Of a stretch of 64,000 nt of DNA, positions 20,106 through 29,210 are shown piece by piece (positions within the stretch are counted from its first letter, which is position 1; every line of letters starts with the position of its first letter). The notes under the pieces are model-generated. The model searched no databases, had not been told where the DNA came from, and saw only the letters and a list, made by a program, of their open reading frames with translations. Source of the DNA: Patescibacteria group bacterium (GTDB lineage: Bacteria; Patescibacteriota; JABMPQ01; JAQVVF01); NCBI GenBank assembly GCA_028699085.1, contig JAQVVF010000002.1, positions 68,557 to 132,556 of the forward strand. Direction: 5' to 3'. The translations under genes and the position numbers were made by a program.

Positions 20106-20294
20106 CTATTTTGTCTCACCACGAAAACCATATCCAGGTTTAACCTTTTTCTTAGCATGATGTTTTTTTTCAGCTTTTATTGTCTTGCCGATATTCTGTA
20201 CATCTTTAAATTCACCTGTCCTTTCTCTCTTAGTGTACAATTTTTTACCACGTCTTTCCATTTTTGTCCTAAAGACACCTTTTCTTTTTGGCAT
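20106..20294 (-). CDS. Small highly basic protein (hypothetical)
   Basis: 62 aa, Lys/Arg-rich; no family recognised. Confidence 0.3.
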   Translation of the reverse strand: MPKRKGVFRTKMERRGKKLYTKRERTGEFKDVQNIGKTIKAEKKHHAKKKVKPGYGFRGETK

Positions 20295-20403
20295 AATTTT
20301 AAATTATTAATACTTATCCGCCAAAGTTCAATAGAACAAAGACGGAAAAAAATATACCTAGATAATCTAGGTATATTCTAACATAATATTTAAAAAATAT
20401 TAA

Positions 20404-21723
20404 TTACCAGCCAAGCCCATAATTAAATTGTCCGCCATTTCTTTTTGGAAAACGTCTGCTTCCTTGTCCGTCAGTTTGCTGACGTCCACGTCTTTGTCCT
20501 TGAAAATTAGATCTGCCTCTTCCTTGGAAGGAAGTATTAGTTCTAGCTTGTATTGGACGAAAAGAATTGAAAGCAGGCTGGATTGATTGCTCTAATTCTG
20601 GAGTTTTCGAAATACTAATGCTATTTCTAATTAGTCTTTCTATTTGAACAACTTTATATTTTTGATCTGACATAGCAAATGAAATTGCTCGTCCACCTTT
20701 TCCAGCTCTGCCAGTTCTACCAATTCGATGAACATAATCTTCTGGATCATCAGGCAAATCATAATTGATAACTAACTCAATACTTGAAACATCAATACCT
20801 CTTGATGCAACATCAGTTGCAACCAAAATTCTTGATCTGCCTTGCTTAAATAAATTTAAAGCTGCTTGTCTTTGAGCAAAGCTCTTATTGGAATGTATTT
20901 CAGAAGCATTGAATCCAGAAGTAATCAAAAATCTACATAATTTGCTTGCACCAAATTTAGTTCTAGTAAAAATTAATACAGTTCCTTTGTATTGTTTTAA
21001 CAATTTTGATACTAGTAATCTTTTTTGATGAGGATTTACAACAAACAATTCCTGATCAACATTTTCAGCTGCAGTGCCAGCTTGAGCTACTTCAATCCTG
21101 ATTGGACTTTTCATATATTTTGCTGCAATTGCAACTATTCTTCCAGGCATTGTTGCTGAAAACAACATCGTTTGCCTATTTGTTGGTACAGTTTCCAATA
21201 TTTCTTTAATTTGAGGCGCAAAACCCATATCTAGCATTCTGTCAGCTTCATCCAAAACTAAAGTATTAACTTTGCTTAAATTCAAATTGCGTCTTTGTAA
21301 ATGATCAATTATACGGCCTGGAGTGCCGATAATAATGTGTGGATGGCTATAGATTCTTTGTCTTTGCATGCTCATTGATGCGCCACCGACCAATATCGCA
21401 GTTTTGAGACCAAGAGTCCTGCCAATTTTTAATAATGATTCATCAACCTGCATCGCCAATTCTCTTGTTGGCAAAAGAATTAAACCTTGACCATTTGTCT
21501 TGGCAATTCTTTGCATCATTGGCAAACCAAAAGCCATTGTCTTACCAGTACCAGTTTGAGCTATGCCGATAATATCTTTTTCAGAAATAGCAACTGGAAT
21601 AGCCTTTTCTTGAATTGGAGTTGGAATTGTAAATTGTTGTTTTTTCAACGAATTTAAAAGATCTGGGACTAATCCTAGATTTAAAAACGACGCTTTCTTT
21701 GAAAGCACTGCTTCATTTGACAT
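20404..21723 (-). CDS. DEAD-box ATP-dependent RNA helicase with C-terminal RG-rich tail
   Basis: PTPIQ (Q motif), AQTGTGKT, DEAD, SAT, RGID, HRIGRTGR motifs. Start placed at MSNEAVL (21723) because a hairpin lies upstream; the track ORF extends to 21771. Confidence 0.88.
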   Translation of the reverse strand: MSNEAVLSKKASFLNLGLVPDLLNSLKKQQFTIPTPIQEKAIPVAISEKDIIGIAQTGTGKTMAFGLPMMQRIAKTNGQGLILLPTRELAMQVDESLLKIGRTLGLKTAILVGGASMSMQRQRIYSHPHIIIGTPGRIIDHLQRRNLNLSKVNTLVLDEADRMLDMGFAPQIKEILETVPTNRQTMLFSATMPGRIVAIAAKYMKSPIRIEVAQAGTAAENVDQELFVVNPHQKRLLVSKLLKQYKGTVLIFTRTKFGASKLCRFLITSGFNASEIHSNKSFAQRQAALNLFKQGRSRILVATDVASRGIDVSSIELVINYDLPDDPEDYVHRIGRTGRAGKGGRAISFAMSDQKYKVVQIERLIRNSISISKTPELEQSIQPAFNSFRPIQARTNTSFQGRGRSNFQGQRRGRQQTDGQGSRRFPKRNGGQFNYGLGW

Positions 21724-21822
21724 AAATATGTGATCCGATTCCTGCGACGTCACATATTTAGGTAAATGCATGAGCGAGGCTCGAATCTATGGGTGAAAAC
21801 ACCCTAATTTCTAATTACTCTA

Positions 21823-21851
21823 AGTATAGCAAAAAATTAATCTTTTGTCAA
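21823..21851 (-). promoter_or_regulatory. Consensus promoter TTGACA-17-TATACT upstream of helicase
   Basis: Minus-strand TTGACA 21851-21846, 17-nt spacer, TATACT 21828-21823; ~90 nt structured leader follows. Confidence 0.5.
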
Positions 21852-21888
21852 TAAATAAAAAATCTAGTTGAATAAATTAACGTTAAGA

Positions 21889-22407
21889 TTAAATTTTTCG
21901 ACTATCATATGCCCAATGCAACACTGCCTGTCTTTGTCTTTTCCGGCAATCCCAATCACCCTTAAAACAATTTTTCTTAATCTGAGCAATATGGCGCTTT
22001 ATTGCCTTCCAACGCTTTATCTGACGCTGATCATCGTTGTGTCTTCTTCCCAAATAGTATCTACAATACCATTGAAACCAACCTCTAGGATCATCAACAT
22101 GAATCCATCCTTTAGCTCTCCAAACTGACAAAGGCTGACTAGCATTAATGCCAAAATAATTCAATTTTGGATCATGAAATTCATGACAAAGCTTTGCTTT
22201 TTTATACCAATCTACTGGAAATTCTTTTTTACAATCAGTCATATACTTTCCGCCAAAAACACCCATTTCTAACATTTCTTTCGGCGTAAGTTCGGGCCGA
22301 AATTCAGGATCAAAATTTTTACCCATTGGTTCTGTCAAATAATATCGATAATTCTTCTGCATTAAATCATTAACTACCACCAATTTTTTATACTTTTTAT
22401 TTTTCAT
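21889..22407 (-). CDS. Hypothetical Trp/Cys/Arg-rich 172-aa protein
   Basis: ORF with protein-like composition (GWIHVDDPRGWFQWYCRYYLGRRH); no family recognised. Confidence 0.4.
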   Translation of the reverse strand: MKNKKYKKLVVVNDLMQKNYRYYLTEPMGKNFDPEFRPELTPKEMLEMGVFGGKYMTDCKKEFPVDWYKKAKLCHEFHDPKLNYFGINASQPLSVWRAKGWIHVDDPRGWFQWYCRYYLGRRHNDDQRQIKRWKAIKRHIAQIKKNCFKGDWDCRKRQRQAVLHWAYDSRKI

Positions 22408-22565
22408 ATTAATATATTTTATTTTTCTTCAAAGACACTTCTTAATTCATCTTTTCTCTCCTTAAAATTTTCTTTCGGTTCCTTACTTTTTTTTATGCTC
22501 TTTATATCTAAAGTATATCAAAAATCTAATCAACAAAAAATCCCCACACAGGAGGATTTTTAATT

Positions 22566-23579
22566 TTATTTTATTTTTAAAATCTTACTCGGCGAATTAA
22601 ACATCGCATTCATCAAAGATTCAGCCACATGAAAAGGCTTGCCTCGATATGGCACTTCATGAATATCAAAACCAGGCATGTAATTTATTTCAATTATTCC
22701 AAATTTTTCAAACTTTTTAATATCAGAAGCAATCAAATCAATCGCGCAAAATCTTAATTGAAAAATTTCCGCAATTTCTACTGCCAACTTTTTATATTTT
22801 GGATTTACTTCACTATCACATTCAAATGATCTTCCTCCAGTACTAACATTAGCATTCTGTCGCAAAAAAACTTTGTCATCTTTCACAACAACATTATCCT
22901 CAGTTAATTTCTTTTCTCTCAAATTTCTTCTGAATTCAAAATCATTTACAATTGGACATAATGGCTGATCTTTGCCTACTCCTGGCTGATCATTATATTC
23001 GTCAATTAATTGTCTGATTGTTTGCTTACCATCTCCATCAACATAGGCAGGCTCACGTCGCAATGATGTTAACACTTTTCCGTCCATCACCAACAATCGA
23101 TAATCACAACCAAAAAGATATTCTTCAATCAGAAAAGAATTCGGTCTGCCTTTTTTACGACGATTATATTTGTAAACCTCTTTAATTGCTCCAATCAAAC
23201 ATTCCTTATCTTTTATTCCAACAGTTACTGCATGTCCTTGACTGCCATCTATTGGTTTGACCACAACAGGAAATTTAATAATTTTCTGATCAACCATCTG
23301 CAAAGTCTTGCGCATATTTTTCAAAATCCAACCCTTTGGATTCGGAATTTTATGTTTATTCAAGATCAATTTTGCCAAAGCTTTATTACCAGAAACAGTG
23401 CAAGAAACATGGCTATTCAAATCAGGCACATGCCATTTTACATAGACATTTTTACCTTTTTTACTGAATATTCTTAAACCTCTAGCTTTATCAACTAGCT
23501 CAACATCAACACCATTTTTCTCGGCTGCCGATAATAACGCTCCCGTGCAATTAAATTTCGAATACGGTATTTTTTCCAT
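22566..23579 (-). CDS. ATP-grasp family ligase (cyanophycin-synthetase/RimK-like N-terminal type)
   Basis: VVVKPIDGSQGHAVTVG, EEYLFGCDYRLLVMDGKV, ATP-grasp style motifs. Confidence 0.6.
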   Translation of the reverse strand: MEKIPYSKFNCTGALLSAAEKNGVDVELVDKARGLRIFSKKGKNVYVKWHVPDLNSHVSCTVSGNKALAKLILNKHKIPNPKGWILKNMRKTLQMVDQKIIKFPVVVKPIDGSQGHAVTVGIKDKECLIGAIKEVYKYNRRKKGRPNSFLIEEYLFGCDYRLLVMDGKVLTSLRREPAYVDGDGKQTIRQLIDEYNDQPGVGKDQPLCPIVNDFEFRRNLREKKLTEDNVVVKDDKVFLRQNANVSTGGRSFECDSEVNPKYKKLAVEIAEIFQLRFCAIDLIASDIKKFEKFGIIEINYMPGFDIHEVPYRGKPFHVAESLMNAMFNSPSKILKIK

Positions 23580-23717
23580 GATTTAAAACTTTCTTTATAT
23601 TTTTATATAAAAAGACACTCTGTCCAGACTGTCTTTTTAGAAAAACTTGATTATTTGATTATTATGATATAATAACAAAAATTAAATAATATGTCAAGTT
23701 TGCAACTTTTTATCACT

Positions 23718-23788
23718 TCGGGGACCCGGGAATCGAACCCGGTCTACATCCACCCCATGGACGCGTACTACCGGTATACTAGTCCCCG
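23718..23788 (-). tRNA. tRNA-Pro (anticodon GGG)
   Basis: Manual fold: acceptor CGGGGAC/GTCCCCG, D arm GTAT/GTAC, anticodon stem CGTCC/GGATG with loop AUGGGGU, T arm CCGGG-TTCGATT-CCCGG; 71 nt, CCA not encoded. Confidence 0.8.
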
Positions 23789-23901
23789 ACTTAAACATTA
23801 TTATATGCTTTAACAACCGCAAAATCAACAAAAAAAAAGAAGCTATATATAACTTCTTACATAAAAAAACAAAAAATATCATAGATCAAAATTAGAATTT
23901 T

Positions 23902-24555
23902 CTATTCGATTACTTCACATCTTATTGTCGGCTTGTTGCTCCATACGTACACCGCAGTAAGTGTAATATCAGCAACTGTCTCACTACCAACTGTTTGATA
24001 AAAACTAGTTTGGTACACATTGAAACGCAAAGAATCACTTCCTATAGACCTTTTGCTTCCATCATCTTCAATAATAAAACATTCGGAATCAACAAATTTA
24101 CTTTCTTTCCCATTGAGCGGAGCTTCTACTTTGACCTCATAACCACCAATCAATAAATTAGAAAAAGAATATGTCCCATCAAAATCTGGCGTATCAATTC
24201 CTTCATATTGGCAAAGAGGATTAGATCTACAAGCATCTATTAAATCGCTGTTATTGCCCTTATAGCTATACCGTATTCTCAGTTCCGTTTCAAAATCATT
24301 ATATTGCCCATTACATTCATGTTTATAAGTGTCTTCAACAAATACGCATTGTATTTTTCTACCTTCTTTCATGGCAGAATAAGGAATAACGCCTCCTCCC
24401 GGAAACCTGATATATATACTACCAGACACGCTTCCAAACTGATCTTCTGACAAAGTAATGGTTTGATTTTGACTCTGATCTTGTTCACAAGACAACAAAA
24501 CGCTTATCAAAACAAATATCACGACACTGAAAAATCGAGTCTTGTTCTCTAACAT
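23902..24555 (-). CDS. Putative lipoprotein, Cys-rich secreted
   Basis: Signal peptide ending LLSC (lipobox-like) from internal Met MLENKT; 6 further Cys. Confidence 0.45.
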   Translation of the reverse strand: MLENKTRFFSVVIFVLISVLLSCEQDQSQNQTITLSEDQFGSVSGSIYIRFPGGGVIPYSAMKEGRKIQCVFVEDTYKHECNGQYNDFETELRIRYSYKGNNSDLIDACRSNPLCQYEGIDTPDFDGTYSFSNLLIGGYEVKVEAPLNGKESKFVDSECFIIEDDGSKRSIGSDSLRFNVYQTSFYQTVGSETVADITLTAVYVWSNKPTIRCEVIE

Positions 24556-24891
24556 TCTCCCTCCTCTTTTGGGTTTCAACTATCACGAAATAATTTTCTA
24601 AAGATCTTTCTTTACATAAATTAATTTTCTTTAAACATTAATTTACATTACAACACTTTTCTATTTTGTCAATAAAAAAAGCCACATTGCTGTAGCTCTA
24701 CAAAAAGAACAAATTAACCACGAAGTTTCAAAAAATTCAATCTCTTATCTTTCGTTTTTCTCTGAATCGGAACTGTCAAAAATTTTTTCTTACAATGCTC
24801 AAAAGGAATACCTTCGCCTCGTCTTGTTTGATTTAACATAAAAACAGAATCTACCGACAAATGGTTGCTGAACAAAGTAATGAGCAATGCT

Positions 24892-25332
24892 TCAAAAAGT
24901 CTGCTTCCCATCTTGATCTCCTGTATCATCGAATATCCCTGAGAATCTGACCAAATCAGTCCTTAAATCACCAGGTCTCTTTCTTTCATCCTGCAATAAA
25001 AAATGGAAACCTTTGCCTTCAGATTCAACAGGATTACTATCATGTGGCAAAATCACCAAGTTCCAATTCTGAATACAGGTAGTATCTTGAAAAGGATTGA
25101 AATTCCTCAAGATCTCACAATCACATTTGATTTTCAAAGCCATGAAAAAAATGGTTACCCTTCCGAAATGAATTCTGCCAATTCCATTTTTTTGCATTTC
25201 ATTATATTCAGCGATCACTTCTCTGGTCTTTTCCAAACTATGAATTCCACCTTCACAACAACCAGCACGTCGCGCATTCAATTCTTGGTAAAAAGTTCCT
25301 ATCTGCATTTCACACCCCCTCCGATCCGACAC
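24892..25332 (-). CDS. GC-rich ORF B with CC...CDC...NWNL motif (paralogue of ORF A; possibly part of a frameshifted single gene)
   Basis: RAGCCEGG...KCDCEILRNF...CIQNWNLVI; composition clearly higher GC than surroundings. Confidence 0.3.
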   Translation of the reverse strand: MSDRRGCEMQIGTFYQELNARRAGCCEGGIHSLEKTREVIAEYNEMQKNGIGRIHFGRVTIFFMALKIKCDCEILRNFNPFQDTTCIQNWNLVILPHDSNPVESEGKGFHFLLQDERKRPGDLRTDLVRFSGIFDDTGDQDGKQTF

Positions 25333-25726
25333 AGCACTGCGGCATCATCGGATCGCATACGCCACGCACGTAATCTAAATTGATTACACCCAAATCACCA
25401 ATCGAAATTCCCTTTCGCACTCCCTTAATAGACAAATCCCACTGCTCAGACAGCCACCCATTGCCCATATTCAAACATTCCACCTGGCAATCGCATCTCG
25501 CTCCAATTTCCATCAAAAATTCAATCGCCCAATCAGCACGAATTGAAAACTCCAAAGACAGCTCCTGCACTCTGCTAAAAGAATGAACATCATTGCTGCA
25601 ACATTTACGGCCTTCGCGCATCAACTTTACAAAACCAATCAAATCCAAACTGCCTTTTTCAATAGAAAAACCAGAATCGTAAATAGAGCTCATTGGACTC
25701 ATTTCCTTTTCCTCCATCACCAGCAT
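25310..25726 (-). CDS. GC-rich ORF A with CC...CDC...QWDL motif
   Basis: REGRKCCSND...ARCDCQVECLNMGNGWLSEQWDLSI; overlaps ORF B by 23 nt in a different frame. Confidence 0.3.
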   Translation of the reverse strand: MLVMEEKEMSPMSSIYDSGFSIEKGSLDLIGFVKLMREGRKCCSNDVHSFSRVQELSLEFSIRADWAIEFLMEIGARCDCQVECLNMGNGWLSEQWDLSIKGVRKGISIGDLGVINLDYVRGVCDPMMPQCCVGSEGV

Positions 25727-25906
25727 AACTTTTGCTGGTTGCCTGCCAAAATTGGCAGGTCTTTTTTACCTTTTGGGCGTCAAATTTAAGAACAAAAAAT
25801 TGACATCAAAATGTCAAAAGAACATATCTACTAATATATACTATTTTAATATTTTGTCAATAAAAACAAATCACAAATCATGAACTGTATGTAATCTTAT
25901 AATATC

Positions 25907-26977
25907 TTAATTTATAGCTATATTCTCAATAATTCTTACAATATTTACCAAATCAGCTATTTTAATTTTCTCTTTTACACTATGACATTTTTCCCGACCA
26001 TAACCAATACTCAAAGACTCAATTCCTTTTTCACAAAAAACATTTGCATCTGTCGCTCCCATTCTCTTTTCATATGCTACTTTCAATCCCGACTTTCTAA
26101 TACCCTTTGAAATCATTTCGACTAAAGCGCTGTCTTTTTTATAATTATATCCAACAACTTCCTGCATTTTTTTCAATTCATATTTAGCATTGAATTTTTT
26201 ACAGCTATTTTTTAATTTTTTTTCTAATATTCCAATTTGTTTTTTAAAAATATTTTTATCAATCGCCCGAATCTCACCAACAAAATTTATTTCATCACAG
26301 ATTACATTTCCGCCTCTGCCACCAGAAACAACACCAATATTTGAAACACAATATTTGCTAATCCTGCCCGGCTTCCACATATTAATAAATTCTGCAAGAC
26401 AATTAATCGAATTCACGCCTTCTTCTGGCGCGCGCGAGTGCGCCATTTTTCCAATTACCTTACCCGAAAAACTCTGAATATATGGAGCGCCACAAGTTAT
26501 AAAGCCACAACGCGATGAACTATCAATAATTACTGCTCTCTTTGATTTCAAATTTTCGAAAACTAAATTCCTTGCTCCAACGCATCCAATTTCCTCCTGC
26601 ACTGTAAAAATCAATTCCAATGGCCGTACATTTTTTTGTTTTCGTAAATTTTTAACTGCCAACAAAATACCTGCAACACCGGCTTTATCATCAGCTCCCA
26701 AAATTGTCCTCCCATCGCTTCTGATAACACTATTTTTAATTATTGGCTTAATATTTTTTCCCGGCGAAACTGTATCCATATGAGCCGACAAAATTATTGG
26801 CTCGCCTCTGCCTTTTGTTTTTGCAATCACATTGCCGATTTTATCTTGCTTTGCTTTAATTTTAATTTTTTTTAAATAATCAATAATAAAATCAGCAACC
26901 TTTTTTTCATTGCCAGTTTCACTATTAATTTTTACTAGTTTCAAAAAAACTCTTACAACTTCAAGATCTCTCTTCAT
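25907..26977 (-). CDS. M20/M42-family metallopeptidase (peptidase T / tripeptidase-like)
   Basis: SAHMDTV and GADDKAG metal-binding motifs, EEIG. Confidence 0.78.
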   Translation of the reverse strand: MKRDLEVVRVFLKLVKINSETGNEKKVADFIIDYLKKIKIKAKQDKIGNVIAKTKGRGEPIILSAHMDTVSPGKNIKPIIKNSVIRSDGRTILGADDKAGVAGILLAVKNLRKQKNVRPLELIFTVQEEIGCVGARNLVFENLKSKRAVIIDSSSRCGFITCGAPYIQSFSGKVIGKMAHSRAPEEGVNSINCLAEFINMWKPGRISKYCVSNIGVVSGGRGGNVICDEINFVGEIRAIDKNIFKKQIGILEKKLKNSCKKFNAKYELKKMQEVVGYNYKKDSALVEMISKGIRKSGLKVAYEKRMGATDANVFCEKGIESLSIGYGREKCHSVKEKIKIADLVNIVRIIENIAIN

Positions 26978-27045
26978 AAAAAATAATTAAATAATTATAT
27001 CTTAAATTTAATAATTCTCAAAAAAAGGATTAACTAATTTCTTAA

Positions 27046-28767
27046 TTAATCCATAAAAGAACAACTTGTCATTGCCGAATTAGATCGGCCATGAACAATA
27101 TAACCATCAGAGATTGGAATGCAAGTCACTGTATTTCCGCCAAAACTAGAGCTATTTGCATCATTATCAAGCCAATACCAAACACAAATTCTCGTCCGCA
27201 CATTTTCTTTGTCCGCCTTTTTATTAGCTGGATCAAAAATCATCATTTCATCAATTACCATCTCGCAATATTCTTGAGCAATAACAGTTCGTTGTTTTGC
27301 CATTTCCGCAAATGTTTTCACTAGCTTTCTCCATGTACTCCGCATCATCCCCTTACTAATTGCCACAGCATGTCCGCCAGCAGCTTTGTTATCACCACCC
27401 GACAACTTCAGCACTACTTCCGCATCCAATCTTTTTCTAGCCTGTCTAATTTTTACAAACCAATTTTCTCGACCAGACATCACAAAAATTTCTCGCCCAA
27501 CATTTTTAAACATTGTTACCATCTTTGTGGATTCAGGATCAGCCATTTTCCATCCTCTCGTTGACTTTGCCAAAGCCATCAAAGACTTCAAATCTCCCAA
27601 TCCTAAAAATATCTTTTTTCCTAGTTCCAAATCTTTTTTATCTCCCAACTCACGAAAACCAATCAGTTGCAAATTATTATCAAAAGCAAACCAATATTCC
27701 CGAATCTGCATATCTGAAAGTTCCTGCATTGATTCATTAGAATATTCAACGCCCTTCCAAATAAAATTGTTTCCTTTCCAAACAACTGTATAGGCAAAAA
27801 AATTTTTCAATTCAACAAAACCATCGCTTCCCAAAAATTTGATCCATTCTTCATTCAAACGCTCATCAAATAACCATGCCATCAATTCTTTATAATCCAA
27901 AAAAGTCAGCAGATTTGGATGCAGTAAAACTTTGCCATCAAAATAGGCATCAATAATCTTCTTTTCAATATCTGCTGCAAATACTGCCATCCTGTTTTTC
28001 TGTAAATCATTTTTGTCAATTTCAGAATATTCTTTGAAGACTCTTTCCACCAAATCAAGTTTTTTGCCTTTCAAATAAACTCCATCATCTTTGACTTCTG
28101 CCAGAAAAGATATCCCAAACAAAAAAGTCAAACCAAATTCTTTTCCGTATTCTTCAAACAGCTTTGTCAAAGCCTGCTGTTCCGGACCATAACCATCGCG
28201 CCAAGGAGTCAAAAGAATTCCCACATTTCCGCCATTTGGCAACAAATCATGGATAGCTTCGACATACTTTTTGGCAATTGGCTCAAAAAATTTTTTGTCA
28301 GGGAAAAAATTACGCGAAATAATATCAATTACTGCTCCATAACCAGAACCAGTTGCACCCAAAGTAAATTCATTAATCTTCAATCCTTCAGCAGTTCTGA
28401 TTGCATCAATCCGAATTCTTTTTGCCAAAATTACGTTTTTTCTTTCCAATTCTTTTTTCCAAATCTCAATCTGCAATTTTGACCGACCGCAACACAAATC
28501 CTGCCACAGCCAAGAATATTCGCCATTGCTTGATCTCCTCGCCAAATCAACACAACCTCTCAAAAATCTTGGAATCAGATCTTCAAGCCTTTTCAAAGTT
28601 GCAATCTCTCCACAAGTCAAAGCATAAGTTTCCAGCCCAATTCTTGCCGTATAATTTTTTGGCATAGTCCCAATTTTTCCCCAATAAAGACCTTGTTCCA
28701 AATATTCCTTTTCCATTTGCCTACCCAAATCATCATAATCAAACAGCTGTCTGCTCGTTCCCTGCAT
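27046..28767 (-). CDS. Large (573 aa) hypothetical protein with atypical codon usage
   Basis: Long ORF, protein-like composition, G/C-ending codons unlike neighbouring core genes; no family recognised. Confidence 0.5.
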   Translation of the reverse strand: MQGTSRQLFDYDDLGRQMEKEYLEQGLYWGKIGTMPKNYTARIGLETYALTCGEIATLKRLEDLIPRFLRGCVDLARRSSNGEYSWLWQDLCCGRSKLQIEIWKKELERKNVILAKRIRIDAIRTAEGLKINEFTLGATGSGYGAVIDIISRNFFPDKKFFEPIAKKYVEAIHDLLPNGGNVGILLTPWRDGYGPEQQALTKLFEEYGKEFGLTFLFGISFLAEVKDDGVYLKGKKLDLVERVFKEYSEIDKNDLQKNRMAVFAADIEKKIIDAYFDGKVLLHPNLLTFLDYKELMAWLFDERLNEEWIKFLGSDGFVELKNFFAYTVVWKGNNFIWKGVEYSNESMQELSDMQIREYWFAFDNNLQLIGFRELGDKKDLELGKKIFLGLGDLKSLMALAKSTRGWKMADPESTKMVTMFKNVGREIFVMSGRENWFVKIRQARKRLDAEVVLKLSGGDNKAAGGHAVAISKGMMRSTWRKLVKTFAEMAKQRTVIAQEYCEMVIDEMMIFDPANKKADKENVRTRICVWYWLDNDANSSSFGGNTVTCIPISDGYIVHGRSNSAMTSCSFMD

Positions 28768-29036
28768 TTTTTTCTCTCCTGCCTACATTTTTGTAGGCCC
28801 TGGTTGTAAAGAACAATCAAAAACCGGCTTTTAGAGCCGGTCTTTGCACAATATAATTTCTTTAAAAATTATCTTATATAATACAAAAATCGACTCATAA
28901 AAATGAAATGATAATGCCATGAATAAAATTTAAATTGTTGACTGATACTTAACATATATATACTTAATTGCTTATATTCGTACGATTAGTTGCAGTTGCA
29001 GTTGCATTCGCAATATTAATAAGATGAAAACAAAAA

Positions 29037-29063
29037 CTGGCCCAGATATTGAGCCAGCTTTTT
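29037..29063. terminator. Bidirectional terminator hairpin in 443-bp intergenic region
   Basis: A-run, CTGGC-ccagatattga-GCCAG, T5; A/T runs on both sides. Confidence 0.5.
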
Positions 29064-29210
29064 AAAAAAATTATTTAAAATTTATACAATAAAAAGTCGA
29101 CTCAATAATCTTGAATGCCAGTAATGTGTATAAAATTGTCGGCTAATATTTTTCATAATAATATATTATATAACACCTACATCTTTTGTCAATATAACTT
29201 ATCAACAGGC

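Noticed and set aside
23694-23882. 62-aa ORF on the minus strand
   Set aside because: It overlaps the tRNA-Pro gene body. A tRNA fold is well supported, and the ORF is low-complexity.
24714-24929. 71-aa minus-strand ORF overlapping the start of Cys-motif ORF B
   Set aside because: Overlaps ORF B in another frame. No features of its own. Coding status undeterminable.
28617-28820. 67-aa minus-strand ORF overlapping the 573-aa gene start and its leader hairpins
   Set aside because: Out-of-frame overlap with a long ORF. The region is better explained as leader structure.
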